DNA of 63,349 nucleotides, the filler included, from Reclinomonas americana ATCC 50394 (Eukaryota): assembly GCA_048213135.1 (NCBI GenBank). It is 18 parts of 18 records of this genome, joined end to end, with 100 filler letters (N's around TTAATTAATTAA, not from the genome) between each part and the next. Parts side by side here need not be neighbours in the genome. Positions count along the whole stretch, not along the records: positions 51,396 to 53,962 come from AFZH01023215.1; positions 54,063 to 57,050 come from AFZH01023216.1; positions 57,151 to 58,759 come from AFZH01023217.1; positions 58,860 to 60,751 come from AFZH01023218.1; positions 60,852 to 62,117 come from AFZH01023219.1; positions 62,218 to 63,349 come from AFZH01023221.1; 12 more parts are not named here. One strand, given 5' to 3'. A program made the translations under genes and the position numbers. Each line of letters begins with the position of its first letter. Positions within the stretch are counted from its first letter, which is position 1. Positions 51,632 through 62,644 of this stretch are shown one piece after another. The notes beneath the pieces were generated by a model. It did no database searches. It saw only the letters and a list, made by a program, of their open reading frames with translations, and was not told the origin of the DNA.

Positions 51632-51660
51632 TTGCCCAAGCTTCGCCGGGACACTATAGC
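51632..51660 (+). promoter_or_regulatory. Sigma70-type promoter of tRNA-Glu
   Basis: TTGCCC-17 nt-TATAGC upstream of the tRNA. Confidence 0.65.
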
Positions 51661-51697
51661 TCGCCCCGCCTCGCAAGAGCGCTTCGCGCTCTGGCCC

Positions 51698-51772
51698 GCG
51701 GTCTTCGTCTATCGGTTAGGACACCAGCCTTTCACGCTGGGAAGACGGGTTCGATTCCCGTAGACCGCGCCA
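51698..51772 (+). tRNA. tRNA-Glu (TTC), bacterial
   Basis: GCGGTCT/AGACCGC acceptor stem, CCAGC-CTTTCAC-GCTGG anticodon arm, GGTTCGATTCC T-arm, encoded CCA. Confidence 0.96.
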
Positions 51773-51852
51773 CTCTGGCGCCATACTGCGCGCTCTCCCA
51801 ACGACGCTTCCAATCCACGCCAAGCATTGTGGCTGGCGAAAAGCTGTATCCG

Positions 51853-52422
51853 TCATGTTGTGACGGGGGCGGGCTCGATCACGATGCGCTGCGGTTCGAG
51901 CAACCCGATTCCGCCCGCTGCCGCCGCCAATGTGTGGATGTAGAAATAGGTCGGCTCGGCGTCGCTCGCTTCCATGACCGGGGAGGGCGCGGAAACGATC
52001 TTGAGCGCTCCGCAGCGGCCGATCCAGTCGATATGGCGGTGACCATGCATCGCGACCGTGCGGGCCGCGATCGGCCGCAATAGCCGCAGCAGCCGGCTGC
52101 CGTTGATCAGCGTGGTTCCGATGCGTTCCGAGATTGCTTTCGCCGGTTTCGGATACTCGATCGGATGATGGTGCAGCGCTAGGATCCAGCGCGCCTGCGG
52201 GAATGCGCCAGCGCCGCCATCCGGCCGGAGTCGAGGCGACCCAGGCCGACCAGCGCCGAGGAGGAGGCTCGGCAGCAAGGCCCCGATAACCCAGGCGAGG
52301 CCGGGCTCGGGCAGGCTGATCTCGCCGAGCAGGCTACCGGCGATCGCGAGCAGCGAACGCGTCTTGGTGCTGCTCAGATCGTCCTCGGCGTCGCCATTGC
52401 GAGGCTCGATGATCATCGGCAT
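51853..52422 (-). pseudogene. Internally deleted metallophosphoesterase remnant
   Basis: N-terminus (PRNGDAEDDLSS...SLLAIAGSLL) is joined directly to the C-terminal motifs ALHHH and MHGHRH; the earlier DxH, GD and GNHD motifs are absent. Confidence 0.6.
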
Positions 52423-52459
52423 GGCGCTCCGGCGGGGCCGGAGAGGCGACTGGTGCGCG

Positions 52460-53359
52460 TCACGCCCGGGCGCGCTTGCGGATCTCGGAGACGGCGATCC
52501 CGCCGATGACGAGCGCGATGGCTACGATCGCGTAGGGCCGCAACGGCTCATGCGCGACGGCGACCGACAAGACGATGCCGAAGATCGGGACGAGGTTGTA
52601 GAAGACGCCGGCGCGGGCGGCGCCGATGAGCTCGACGCTGCGCAGATAGAGCAATTGGCACAGCAGCGACGGAAACAGCCCGATGAACAGCAGCAGTGCC
52701 CAGCCCTTCAGCGTCGGCCACTGGAACTGCCCGAGGGCGGCCTCGCCGATCGCGAGCGGAATCGAGGTGAGCAGGGCCGCGAAGGCGAGGCCGGCGATGA
52801 AGACGAGTGGCGTAACCTGCGGCCGCCAGCGCAGGCCGACGGTGTAGACCGCATAGATGACGCTGGCCGCGATCATCAGGATGTCGCCGCGGTTGAAGGA
52901 GAGCTCGAGCAGGATGGCGAGGGAGCCGTGCGAGGCTGCGACGACGACGCCAAGGACCGTGATCGAGGCGCCGAGCCATTGTAAAGCGGGTGGCCAGATG
53001 CCGAGCAGCGCTCCCGAGATCAGCAGCACGACGATCGGCGTCGCGCCTTGGATGATCGCCATGTTGATCGCGCTGGTCGTATGCGCCGAGGCATAGAACA
53101 TCACGTTGAAGACGGTGAAGCCGACGCCGCCCATGGCGAGCATATAGGGCCAGCGGCCCAGCAGGACGCGCCATTCGGCGAGCAGCGCCCGCCGGGCGAT
53201 GAAGGCGAGGCAGGCCGCCGCGATGACCCAGCGCAGCATGACGATCGCCATGGGCGACATCTCGCCCACGGACAATTTGCCGGCGACGACATTGCTTCCG
53301 AAGAAGAGCGTCGCCACCAAAAGGTAGAGATAGGCGCGGGCAGGGCTCTGAGTCGTCAT
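52460..53359 (-). CDS. DMT/EamA family transporter
   Basis: About 10 hydrophobic segments, RW in TM2, IGAARAGVFYNLVP motif. Confidence 0.9.
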   Translation of the reverse strand: MTTQSPARAYLYLLVATLFFGSNVVAGKLSVGEMSPMAIVMLRWVIAAACLAFIARRALLAEWRVLLGRWPYMLAMGGVGFTVFNVMFYASAHTTSAINMAIIQGATPIVVLLISGALLGIWPPALQWLGASITVLGVVVAASHGSLAILLELSFNRGDILMIAASVIYAVYTVGLRWRPQVTPLVFIAGLAFAALLTSIPLAIGEAALGQFQWPTLKGWALLLFIGLFPSLLCQLLYLRSVELIGAARAGVFYNLVPIFGIVLSVAVAHEPLRPYAIVAIALVIGGIAVSEIRKRARA

Positions 53360-53390
53360 CCCGCCATCTGTCCGCAACCAGGCGGTGTTG

Positions 53391-53962
53391 TCACTTTCCC
53401 TGGAGCTTCGCGGCCGCGCTCTTCATCAGGCCCTGGTCGGAATTGATGATGAACCAGGTCACGCCGAGCGCGGCGAAAGCCTCGCGCTCCTCGACCGATG
53501 GCAGGAAGATCGCGGCGATCTTGCCGTGACGCAGGGCCGCCGCGACGATGCGCTTGCAGGCCTCGGTGACTTCGGGACTGCGGATGTCGGAGACGCCGAG
53601 CGCCTGACTGAGATCGGCCCGGCCGATGAACAGCCCGTCGACGCCCGGCGTCGCTGCGATCTCCTCGACCTCCGCCAGCCCGCCTGCGCTCTCGATCTGG
53701 CACATCACGATGGCGGCATCGCCGTGTCGTGCGGCTTCGGCCGGGCTGAGCTTGCCGTAGGAAGCATAGCGCGGCGAGTTCGACAGGCCGCGCCGGCCAC
53801 CTTCGAACCGGGCGCTGGCGACGATCGCGCGCGCATCGGCGGCGCTGTCGACGCGCGGCACGACGATGCCGTCCGCCCCCATGTCGAGCGTCGACATGAT
53901 GAAGGACGGCGTGCCGTCGGGGATGCGGACGAGCAAAGGCAGACCGCCGGCGCGCCCGGCCA
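53391..53962 (-). CDS. HpcH/HpaI class II aldolase, 5' truncated
   Basis: LDMGADGIVVPRV, MCQIES, TPGVDGLFIGRADLS. Confidence 0.9.
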
Positions 53963-54111
53963 NNNNNNNNNNNNNNNNNNNNNNNNNNNNNNNNNNNNNN
54001 NNNNNNTTAATTAATTAANNNNNNNNNNNNNNNNNNNNNNNNNNNNNNNNNNNNNNNNNNNNCGAGGCCGGGGCGAACGAGTGCGGGGTTCGTTCCACAA
54101 CCGGAGCGGCA

Positions 54112-54159
54112 TTGACCGGCCGTTCTTGCTGTGACTATAAGCGTTCTCGTTGAGAGAAC
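54112..54159 (+). promoter_or_regulatory. Putative sigma70 promoter with palindromic operator
   Basis: TTGACC-18 nt-TATAAG followed by GTTCTC-N5-GAGAAC (54143-54159). Confidence 0.55.
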
Positions 54160-54216
54160 CATAAACGCGCAGTGAGAACAAGCGCGGTTCGCGGACAGAT
54201 CATCGAGGGAGGTTTC

Positions 54217-55221
54217 ATGTTTCACTGTTTTCGCCGGACGCTCGTAACCGGCACGGCCTTCGCGGCCATGCTCGCGGCCGCCATCCCCGCCTTGGCGGCA
54301 GACGTCACGCTCAAGCTCGGCCATGCCGTGTTCGAGAGCCATCCGAACCATGACTCCGCCGTGCGCTTCAAAGAGGCGGTCGAGCGCGAGTCGAAGGGTT
54401 CGGTGAAGATCCAGATTTATCCCTCGCGCCAGCTCGGCGACGTCAAGGAGCTGATGGAGGGGGTCCAGTTCGGCACCGTCGACATGACCGTGAACTCGAC
54501 CTCGGCGCTGTCCACGCTGGTCCCGGCCACCGACGCGCTGCAGCTCCCCTTCGTGATCGGCAGCTACGAGGCCTTCGCCAAGCTCGCCGTCTCGCCCGAG
54601 GCCAAGGCCGTCGCGGCCGGGCTCGAGAAGCACGGCATGATCGCGCTGGCGCTCTATGATGGCGGCCAGCGGCATTTCCTGTCGGTCAAGAAGCCGGTGA
54701 TCGCGGTCGAGGACTTCAAGGGACTGAAGACGCGCATCGCGCCGAACCGGCTCTTCCTCGACACCTGGCGGGCCGTCGGCGTGAACCCGACCCCGCTCAA
54801 CTATGGCGAGGTCTACTCGGCGCTGGAGACCGGCGCGCTCGATGCCGTCGAGATCAACCTCACCTCGATCGACAGCGAGAAGTATTACGAGGTCGGCAAG
54901 AATGTCAGCCTGACCGGCCAGTATTTCTGGCCGAGCTACCTGCTGATCAACAAGGCGAAGTTCGATGGCCTGACCGCCGAGCAGAAGGCCGCCATCCGCA
55001 AGGCCGCCGACGAGACGGTCGCGCCCCAGGTCATGGCCGTCGCCGAGCTCGACAAGAAGCTGATCAGCGAGCTGAAGGGGCGCGGGGTGAAGATCACCGA
55101 GCCGTCCAAGGAGCTGCTCGACGCGCTGAAGCAGCGCACCCGCCCGGTCGTCGAGGCCTATATGAAGAAGAGCCCTGAGATCGCCGCCTTCGTGGCCGCG
55201 GCCGAGAAGCTCCGTCCCTGA
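54217..55221 (+). CDS. dctP: TRAP transporter substrate-binding protein
   Basis: GAGGGAGG RBS, signal peptide, IYPSRQLG, DFKGLKTR, GEVYSALETGALD. Confidence 0.93.
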   Translation: MFHCFRRTLVTGTAFAAMLAAAIPALAADVTLKLGHAVFESHPNHDSAVRFKEAVERESKGSVKIQIYPSRQLGDVKELMEGVQFGTVDMTVNSTSALSTLVPATDALQLPFVIGSYEAFAKLAVSPEAKAVAAGLEKHGMIALALYDGGQRHFLSVKKPVIAVEDFKGLKTRIAPNRLFLDTWRAVGVNPTPLNYGEVYSALETGALDAVEINLTSIDSEKYYEVGKNVSLTGQYFWPSYLLINKAKFDGLTAEQKAAIRKAADETVAPQVMAVAELDKKLISELKGRGVKITEPSKELLDALKQRTRPVVEAYMKKSPEIAAFVAAAEKLRP

Positions 55222-55285
55222 TCGCAGTCCGAGCCCTGGCCGCGCATGGCGGCCGGGGCTCCCTCTAGCCATGGGTCCGACCAGG

Positions 55286-55795
55286 ATGTCCCGACACAAT
55301 CCCCGGCTTCTGCGCGCAGTCTCGCTCTATCTGCGCGCTCTGCACTATCTGGCGATGGCCGGCGTCGCGACCCTTGTGGTCGTCGCCGCCATGCAGGTCT
55401 TCTTCCGCTACGTCGTCGGCGAGTCGCTGTTCTGGTCCGAGGAGCTGATGCGCTCCCTGATGGTCTGGATCGCGTTCCTCTCCGCCGGCATCGCCTATTC
55501 GCGCGGCGAGATGCTCGGCATGCGCTTCGTCGTCGACGGGCTGCGGCCCTCGCTCACCGCCAAGATCGACATGGCCGGCCGCGTGCTGATCGTGCTCTTC
55601 CTGCTGGTGGTCGCCTGGTATGGCTGGCTCTTCACCCTACGCACCAGCGAGCAGGAAGCGGTCTCGCTCGAAATCTCGCTCGGCTGGCTGCATGCGGCGA
55701 TCCCCGTCGGTTGCCTGCTGCTCGCCGTCCACGTCGCCTTCGCAGACCTCTTCCGTTCGGCCCTGCCGAAGGAAGAGACCTCGCACTCGCTCTGA
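55286..55795 (+). CDS. dctQ: TRAP transporter small permease
   Basis: QVFFRYV..SLFWSEELMR motif, 4 TM segments; alternative start at 55271. Confidence 0.92.
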   Translation: MSRHNPRLLRAVSLYLRALHYLAMAGVATLVVVAAMQVFFRYVVGESLFWSEELMRSLMVWIAFLSAGIAYSRGEMLGMRFVVDGLRPSLTAKIDMAGRVLIVLFLLVVAWYGWLFTLRTSEQEAVSLEISLGWLHAAIPVGCLLLAVHVAFADLFRSALPKEETSHSL

Positions 55796-55806
55796 GGCGC
55801 ACGCCC

Positions 55807-57050
55807 ATGGTCTGGCTGCTTTCCGTCTTCGCCTTCACCATCCTGATGGGCATCCCGGTGATCTTCGTCCTCGGGATCAGCGCGCTCGCCTATTTCGTCC
55901 TGACCGGCCAGCCGCAATATCTCCTGGTCATCCCGCAGCGCATGTTCGCCGGCGTCGACCAGTTCATCCTGCTGGCGATCCCGCTCTTCGTGCTCGCCGG
56001 CGCGCTGATGGACACCGGCGGCCTGACGCGCCGCCTGCTCGAATTCGCCAACGCCTTCGTCGGCCGCTTTCGTGGCGGCACCTCGCTGACCGCGATCTGG
56101 GGCAGCTTCCTGTTCAGCGGCATCTCCGGCTCGGCCGCGGCGGACGCTGCCGCGATGGGCTCGGTGCTGATCCCCGACATGAAGAAACAGGGCTACGACG
56201 TGAACTACGCCGCCGCCCTGATCGCGGTGGCGTCGCTGATGGACCCGCTGATCCCGCCCAGCATCACCATGATCATCTATGGCGCGCTCAGCGGAACCTC
56301 GATCGCCAAGTTGTTCATCGGCGGCATCGTGCCGGGCATCTTGCTGGCGTTGTCGCTCACCGCCTATGCCGTCTTCATCGCGCACAAGCGCGGCTATCCG
56401 CGCCTGGCGCCGCCCTCGCTGGCGCAGATCGGCCGGCTCACCTTGACAGCACTGCCGGTGCTGTTCCTGCCGGTGCTGATCGTGGTCGGCATCCGCGGCG
56501 GCGCCTTCACCGCCACCGAAGCCGCCGCCATCGCGGCGATCTACGCCCTGGTCGTGGCCGCCTTCTGGTACCGGGTGCTGACCTGGGCCCATCTGCGCCA
56601 TGCGCTGATCGCAACCGCGGTGATCTCCTCGGCGATCTACCTTTTGATCGCCATGGCGAACATCGCCGCCTTCGTCTTCGCGCTGGAGCGGCTGCCCCAG
56701 AACATCGTCGCCGGCATCCAGCATCTCACCGACAACCGCGTGCTGATCATCCTGATGGTCAACCTCGCGCTGCTGGTGCTCGGCATGTTCCTCGACGTCG
56801 CCGGCGTGCTCATCCTCACCGTGCCGGCACTGGTCGGCATCGGCGCCGCGATCGGCATGGACCCGGTCCATCTCGGGGTGATGGTGACCTTCAACACCAT
56901 CATCGGCTTCGTGCATCCGCCGCTGGGCCTGTGCCTCTTCATCGTCTCGGGCGTGGCGAAGTCGCCGATCGAGAAGGTGACCATGCAGGCCCTGCCGATG
57001 ATCGGCATCGCGCTCGCCTTGCTGATGCTGATCGCCTTCGTGCCGGAGCT
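55807..57050 (+). CDS. dctM: TRAP transporter large permease, 3' truncated by the gap
   Basis: LLAIPLFVLAG, SGSAAAD, LIPPS, FTATEA, HPPLG. Confidence 0.93.
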
Positions 57051-57150
57051 NNNNNNNNNNNNNNNNNNNNNNNNNNNNNNNNNNNNNNNNNNNNTTAATT
57101 AATTAANNNNNNNNNNNNNNNNNNNNNNNNNNNNNNNNNNNNNNNNNNNN

Positions 57151-57388
57151 TATGATGCTGGCCGGCGCCTCCGCCGTCGGCATCGCCTCGCCGGTGATGC
57201 TGCGCGGCTTCGACTTGCTCGGCCGGTCGCTCGCCGAGTTCCAGGACTATCTCGATGCCAAGGGCATCGATGCCGCCGATCTCGTCGGCGTTGCGGTCAG
57301 CCACCGCAAGACCTTCGCCGACATGCCCCTGCGCCAGGACAACTGGCGCAACTACGTGCCGCAGGCGCGGACCATCGCAGGAGAATGA
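57151..57388 (+). CDS. C-terminal fragment of a dihydroorotate/dihydropyrimidine dehydrogenase-like FMN enzyme
   Basis: MMLAGASAVGIAS.VM..G...L......DYL..KG resembles the final strand and helix of DHOD-type barrels. Confidence 0.55.
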
Positions 57389-58320
57389 TCATGACCGACG
57401 CAGCTGCAACGTCGCAGGACGCCCGCATCGAGGCCATGCTCAAGGGCGCGGTCGACCTCCACATCCACAGCGGTCCCTCGCTGATGCCGCGCAAGATCGA
57501 CCATGTCGAGGCCGTGCGACAGGCCGACGAGGCCGGCTTCGCCGCGATCCTGCTCAAGGATCACTATTACCCGACCATGCCGCTGGCCACGATCCTCAAT
57601 ACGCACATCTCCAAGGGCGTGAAGGTGCTGGGCGCGATCGTGCTCAACAATCCGCTCGGCAGCATCAACCCCTCGGCCGTCGACTATGCGCTGAAGCAGG
57701 GCGCCCGCGTCGTCTGGATGCCGACGGCGCATGCCAACAACCATCTCGACCACTACAAGACCGACGCGAAGTTCGACTCCAAATTCCCGGTCGCGACGCA
57801 GAAGACGCTGGCTCCGGCGCCGCTCTCGCTGCTCGGCCCCGACGGCAAGATTTCCGACGAGGTCAAAGCGATCCTCGATCTCGTCGCCTCCGCCGACGCC
57901 GTGGTCTCCGGCGGGCACCACCATGTCAGCGAATTGCTGCCCTTCTACGAGGAGGCCAAGTCGCGCGGCGTCAAGCGGCTGCTGCTCAACCACCCGACCT
58001 ATGTCAACGAATGCTCGCTGCAGGACGTGCGCCATCTCGCCTCGCTCGGCGTCAAGATGGAGCATTCGATCTGCATGTTCGTGCCATCGACCTTCCTGCT
58101 CTTCGACGCCGACCATCTCAAGGCGGTGATCGAGGCGGCCGGCGTCGAGAACACGCTGTTCGGCTCCGATCTCGGCCAGAACAACAACCCGACCCCGGTC
58201 GAAGGCTTCGAGCAGATCATCGCCCTGCTGATCGAAGCCGGTTTCTCCGATGACCAGATCCGCCTGATGACGGCCGGCAACGCCGCCGATCTCGCCGGCC
58301 TCGCGCCCGCCACCAACTGA
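57385..58320 (+). CDS. Amidohydrolase-like metal-dependent TIM barrel (DUF6282-like)
   Basis: DLHIHSGPS, LKDHY, VWMPT, GH, NHP and GSDLGQ metal-ligand pattern. Confidence 0.75.
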   Translation: MIMTDAAATSQDARIEAMLKGAVDLHIHSGPSLMPRKIDHVEAVRQADEAGFAAILLKDHYYPTMPLATILNTHISKGVKVLGAIVLNNPLGSINPSAVDYALKQGARVVWMPTAHANNHLDHYKTDAKFDSKFPVATQKTLAPAPLSLLGPDGKISDEVKAILDLVASADAVVSGGHHHVSELLPFYEEAKSRGVKRLLLNHPTYVNECSLQDVRHLASLGVKMEHSICMFVPSTFLLFDADHLKAVIEAAGVENTLFGSDLGQNNNPTPVEGFEQIIALLIEAGFSDDQIRLMTAGNAADLAGLAPATN

Positions 58321-58374
58321 TGCCTTTCGCAGGCCGCGCCCGGCGTGGCCTGCCGCCCGTCCAGGAGATCACCC

Positions 58375-58759
58375 ATGCCTTCATTCCTCATCGACGGTCA
58401 GTGGACCGACGGGTCGGGCAGCCTTCGCGGCGCAGTGCTGAACCCGGCGACCGGCGAGCAGATCGGCGAGGTGCCCTTCGCCGAGATCGCCGATCTCGAC
58501 CATGCGCTCGCCGCCGCCCAGAAGGGCTTCGAGATCTGGCGCAAGACCTCGGCCTATGACCGCTCGAAGATCCTGCGCCGCGCCGCCGAGCTGACACGCG
58601 AGCGCGCCGAGGCCATCGCCCAGCTCATCACCCGCGAGCAGGGCAAGCCCTTGTCGGAAGCGCGCATGGAGGCCGGTGGCCTGGGCGACCATATCGACTG
58701 GTATGCCGAGGAGGGGCGGCGCGCCTATGGCCGCGTCATTCCGCCCCGGCAATACGGCG
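58375..58759 (+). CDS. NAD-dependent semialdehyde dehydrogenase (SSADH/KGSADH-like), 5' part
   Basis: AGGAG RBS; IDGQW, NPATGE, EQGKPL.EA, WYAEEGRRAYGRVIP. Confidence 0.9.
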
Positions 58760-58946
58760 NNNNNNNNNNNNNNNNNNNNNNNNNNNNNNNNNNNNNNNNN
58801 NNNTTAATTAATTAANNNNNNNNNNNNNNNNNNNNNNNNNNNNNNNNNNNNNNNNNNNNCGCTTCAACGCCTGGCTGGCCAAGGGCCGGTCGACTCTTCC
58901 GCCGAAAGGGGCTGCCATCCGCCGCCGCAACGGCCTCAGGCAGCAC

Positions 58947-60664
58947 CTATTTCCGCAGATACATGTCCCAGCAGGGCGCAAGGCTGATCAGCTGGCGGCC
59001 TTCCAGGGCTTGGGCGAACTGTGTCCAGATCGCCGCCCGCTTGACCTCGTAGGGGCATTTGGGCCGCATGATCGCGTCGATGTCGCGCAGGGCTTCCAGC
59101 ATCTCGCGCGTGACCTTCGGATTGGTCCGGTCGGTGTCGATGCCGAGCGCGACATGCTGCGGAGCGGCGCGGCCGAGCAGGTGGTTGAATGGGCTGACGA
59201 AATCGAGCGCGAAAAAGCCATTCAGCTGGCGGCTGTTCGACGCTTCCCAGCGCTTGATCGCGTCGAGGCCCTGCTGCACTTCGAGCAGCCAGGTCGCCTG
59301 ATGGTCGATCTCCGAGAACAAGGTGGCCGACGGCAGCAGGCCCCGGCGGGCGAGGTCCTGATAGGCTTCCTCGTATTCGGGTAATGCTCGAGCTGAGCGA
59401 TCGCGCGCTCAGCCAGCTCCGGCTTCAGGCTGACGCGCCCGAGCGGTCCGACATCCGGCACCTCCAGCGCCTGATAGCGCGGCGCAGCGATCACCGCGCG
59501 GGCGCCTCGCTCCAGGAAGATCACGGCGCTGGGCAGCGACACGGCCATGACGAGCATCAGCACCCATGGGCGCAATTGGTCGCCTGATTTGTGATGATAA
59601 TCCTTGAGGATCAGGATCAGCACCGGCCAGAGCCCGATGAATTCGAGCGATCCGCTATTCTGCGTCTCCCCTAGGACCAGGGCGAAGAGGCTTGCGCTCA
59701 GCCAGCCCAGCGGGGAGGTCAGCAGGCTCCGCGGCGACAGCCGGTCCCGCCGCGCTGCATAGGCAAGGATGCCGATCAGTACGAGGCAAGGCGCGATCAC
59801 GTTGAACTTGATCGAGCCCAGCGTCAGGAACCGCCGCAGGAACGAGGCAGAATTGAGCATCGCCAAGTCAAGGATGTCTTCGAGATAAGCGAAGACGAGG
59901 CCGGTCGCGAGTTCGACCACGCCCAGGCAGGCTATGACCGAGCCGGCGGCGATCGCGGCATCGCGAAAGCGCATGCGCCCGGCCAGGACCGCATAGCCGA
60001 CGAGCGCGGCGCCCGAGACCGGGCCCGTCACCTTGACCAGGAACAGCGCGACCATCAGCACCGCGACGAGCGTCGTCAGCAGAATACGGCTCTCGACGAA
60101 CAGGAGCGCCGCCAGCAGCAGATAGAGCAGCAAGGCGACATGGCGGTTGTAATAGCCGAAGCCGTCGAAGCCGGGCGACGGGTAGAGGCTGTGGAGATTG
60201 ATCGGCAGCGAGGTCAGGAAGAGGAACGGTATGACGATCGCCAGCGCCAGCTTGCGCGAGCGTGCATCGATGTCCCAGGCGATCAGCGCGGCGATCGGCA
60301 GCGAGAGCGGCACGATCGCCCAGTTGGCGAGCAGGGCCGGCTGCGCCTGCGGGAACAGCGCCTTGATCCCGGCCGTGAGATAGAAGCCGAGCGGACCGAT
60401 CGAGGTGAAGAAGTCGATATTGGGAATCTGGCCCTGCCGGATGCGCTGGGCAGCGTCGAGATAGATGTCCGTATCCCAGTAGTTCGGCCCGAGCGGCAGG
60501 CGGATCGGGAGCACGAGCCCCAGGATCACCATCACCAGGAACGCCACGATCCAGAAGGCCGGAGACGTTACCGAATATCGCCAGAGGCCTCCGGACACCG
60601 GACTACCTGTCGCCGCTTGAGAGCTGCTCATCATCGCCTGTTCCATGAGCCGTTCAGGGAACAT
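58947..60664 (-). CDS. Polytopic membrane protein of unknown function, with an apparent frameshift near 59380
   Basis: LGPNYWD..IYLDAA.RI..GQ.P..DFF..GPL after TM1, many TM segments; frame continues as EYEEAYQDLA into ORF 58947-59321. Confidence 0.7.
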
Positions 60665-60851
60665 GGCAGAAATGTGTTACCCGATCGCTTCCGGCTTTGT
60701 CTAAAACCGCTAATTTTTAGTGCACCGCACGACAGGGCAGAACTCGGTCAGNNNNNNNNNNNNNNNNNNNNNNNNNNNNNNNNNNNNNNNNNNNNTTAAT
60801 TAATTAANNNNNNNNNNNNNNNNNNNNNNNNNNNNNNNNNNNNNNNNNNNN

Positions 60852-61144
60852 ATGCCGAGCGAACTGCCTGGCTCGTCGCGATCAAGCTGCTCTTGCACCC
60901 GTTGTTGGTCTGGCTGCTGCTGTCCGGTCTCGGCGATTTCTCGGCACCCTGGGTCTATGCCGCCGTGATCATGGCGGCGCTGCCGCCGGCCCTGAACATC
61001 TTCGTGATCTCGACGCAGTACCGCGTCGGCATCGAGCGCGCCTCGGCCTGCATCCTCGTCGGCACCATCGTCTCTACGGTGACGCTGACGGGCTTCCTGT
61101 GGCTGGTGAAGACGGGCAGGATGCCGGCAGACCTGTTCCACTGA
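60852..61144 (+). CDS. AEC (auxin efflux carrier) family transporter, 3' fragment
   Basis: KLLLHP...MAALPPALNIFVI..QY......AS..ILVGT. Confidence 0.8.
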
Positions 61145-61178
61145 CGGCCCGCGAGGGCCTGTCTTCCTGGGCCCATCG

Positions 61179-62117
61179 ATGCAGCCGCTTTCCGATCTCC
61201 TCGTCCTCGATTTCTCGACCCTGCTGCCCGGCCCGCTGGCGAGCCTCTTCCTTGCCGAGGCCGGTGCGCGCGTGATCCGCGTCGAGCGGCCGGACGGCGA
61301 GGACATGCGCCGCTTCCCCCCGCGCTTCGGCGAAACCTCGGCCCCCTTCGCCGCCCTCAACCGCGGCAAGCACAGCCTCGCCATCGATCTCAAGGCCCCC
61401 GATGCCCTGGCGCGGCTGACGCCGCTGATCAGGCAGGCCGACATCGTCATCGAGCAGTTCCGGCCGGGCGTAATGGCCCGCCTCGGCTTCGACTACGAGG
61501 CGCTGAAGGCGCTCAATCCCCGCCTGGTCTATTGCTCGATCAGCGGCTACGGCCAAGACGGCCCGCGCGCCTCCGAGGCGGGACATGACATCAACTACCA
61601 GGCGATCGGCGGTCTGCTCGGCCAGTCCCTGGCGCAGGGGAGGCCGGCGCCGCTGCCGCCGACGCTGGTTGCCGACATCGCCGGCGGCGCCATGCCGGCG
61701 GTGATCAACATCCTGCTCGCCTTGCGCGATCGCGATCGCTCCGGCCAGGGCTGCCATCTCGACATCGCCATGACCGACGCGATGCTCGCCTTCTCCTGGT
61801 ATGCGCTCGCGCAGGGACAGGCCTCCGCCCGCTATCCGGCGGGCGGGGAGGGGCTGCTCACCGGCGGCAGCCCGCGCTATGGCCTTTACACGACGGCAGA
61901 TGGCTGGTTCCTCGCCGTCGGCGCGCTCGAGGAGAAGTTCTGGACGAGCTTCTGCGACGGCATCGGGCTCGCGGCCGAACTGCGCGATGACCGGCACGAT
62001 CCGGCAGCGACACGGGCGGCAATCACTGCGATCATCGCCTCCCGGCCAGCCGCTCATTGGCGGGAAACGATCGAGCCGCTCGACTGCTGCTGCACCGTGG
62101 TCCGGACGCTCGACGAA
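61179..62117 (+). CDS. Family III CoA-transferase (CaiB/BaiF), 3' truncated
   Basis: VLDFSTLLPGP, NRGK.S..DLK, EQFRPGVM, SISGYGQDGP, GHDINY. Confidence 0.93.
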
Positions 62118-62217
62118 NNNNNNNNNNNNNNNNNNNNNNNNNNNNNNNNNNNNNNNNNNNNTTAATTAATTAANNNNNNNNNNNNNNNNNNNNNNNNNNN
62201 NNNNNNNNNNNNNNNNN

Positions 62218-62395
62218 CGCCGGCGAGGACAAGCAGTTCGGAGCCGGCAGCGGCCAGCAGTTCAGCCTTCCAGAGCGCGCCCTCGCTCGAACCCGCGAGC
62301 ACGACCTTGCGCCCCTCCAGCTTGTGGAAGAGCGGCAGGGTAGCGAGCCGGTCGATCCGGCGCGGGGATATTGTCTCAGGGCGTCTCGCGCTCAT
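62218..62395 (-). CDS. cysG: Siroheme synthase, N-terminal fragment
   Basis: LATLPLFHKLEGRKVVLAG....A.WKAELL; located in a sulfite reductase operon. Confidence 0.8.
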
Positions 62396-62568
62396 CGTTG
62401 CGTCGCTGCGGCCTTCACATCGGGTGGCATCCGGCTGTCGCCCGCAGGTGGCACGAACAACCACAGGCCGGCAAGCACCAGGATGATAAGCCGGAAGCAA
62501 AGATCGAACCAGCGCTCGCGTGGGGCGGGAGCGGACTGGCCGATGGCACGGTCGATGTCGGTCAGCAT
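62392..62568 (-). CDS. Small single-TM hypothetical protein
   Basis: GGAGG-like RBS, ATGA overlap with cysG, one hydrophobic segment. Confidence 0.55.
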   Translation of the reverse strand: MLTDIDRAIGQSAPAPRERWFDLCFRLIILVLAGLWLFVPPAGDSRMPPDVKAAATQR

Positions 62569-62644
62569 GGCTTCCTCCCATTCATCGTCGCTATGGCGAT
62601 CGGCGGGCCGGCGCAGGCTGGATTGGGCCGAGCCGTGCATCGTC

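Noticed and set aside
54007..56916. Long antisense ORFs over the TRAP genes
   Set aside because: Shadow ORFs typical of high-GC coding DNA.
59370..59390. Frameshifts in bacterial genes (also recJ, cysI) as programmed events or pseudogenes
   Set aside because: They fall in short homopolymers on small contigs; sequencing error is more likely.
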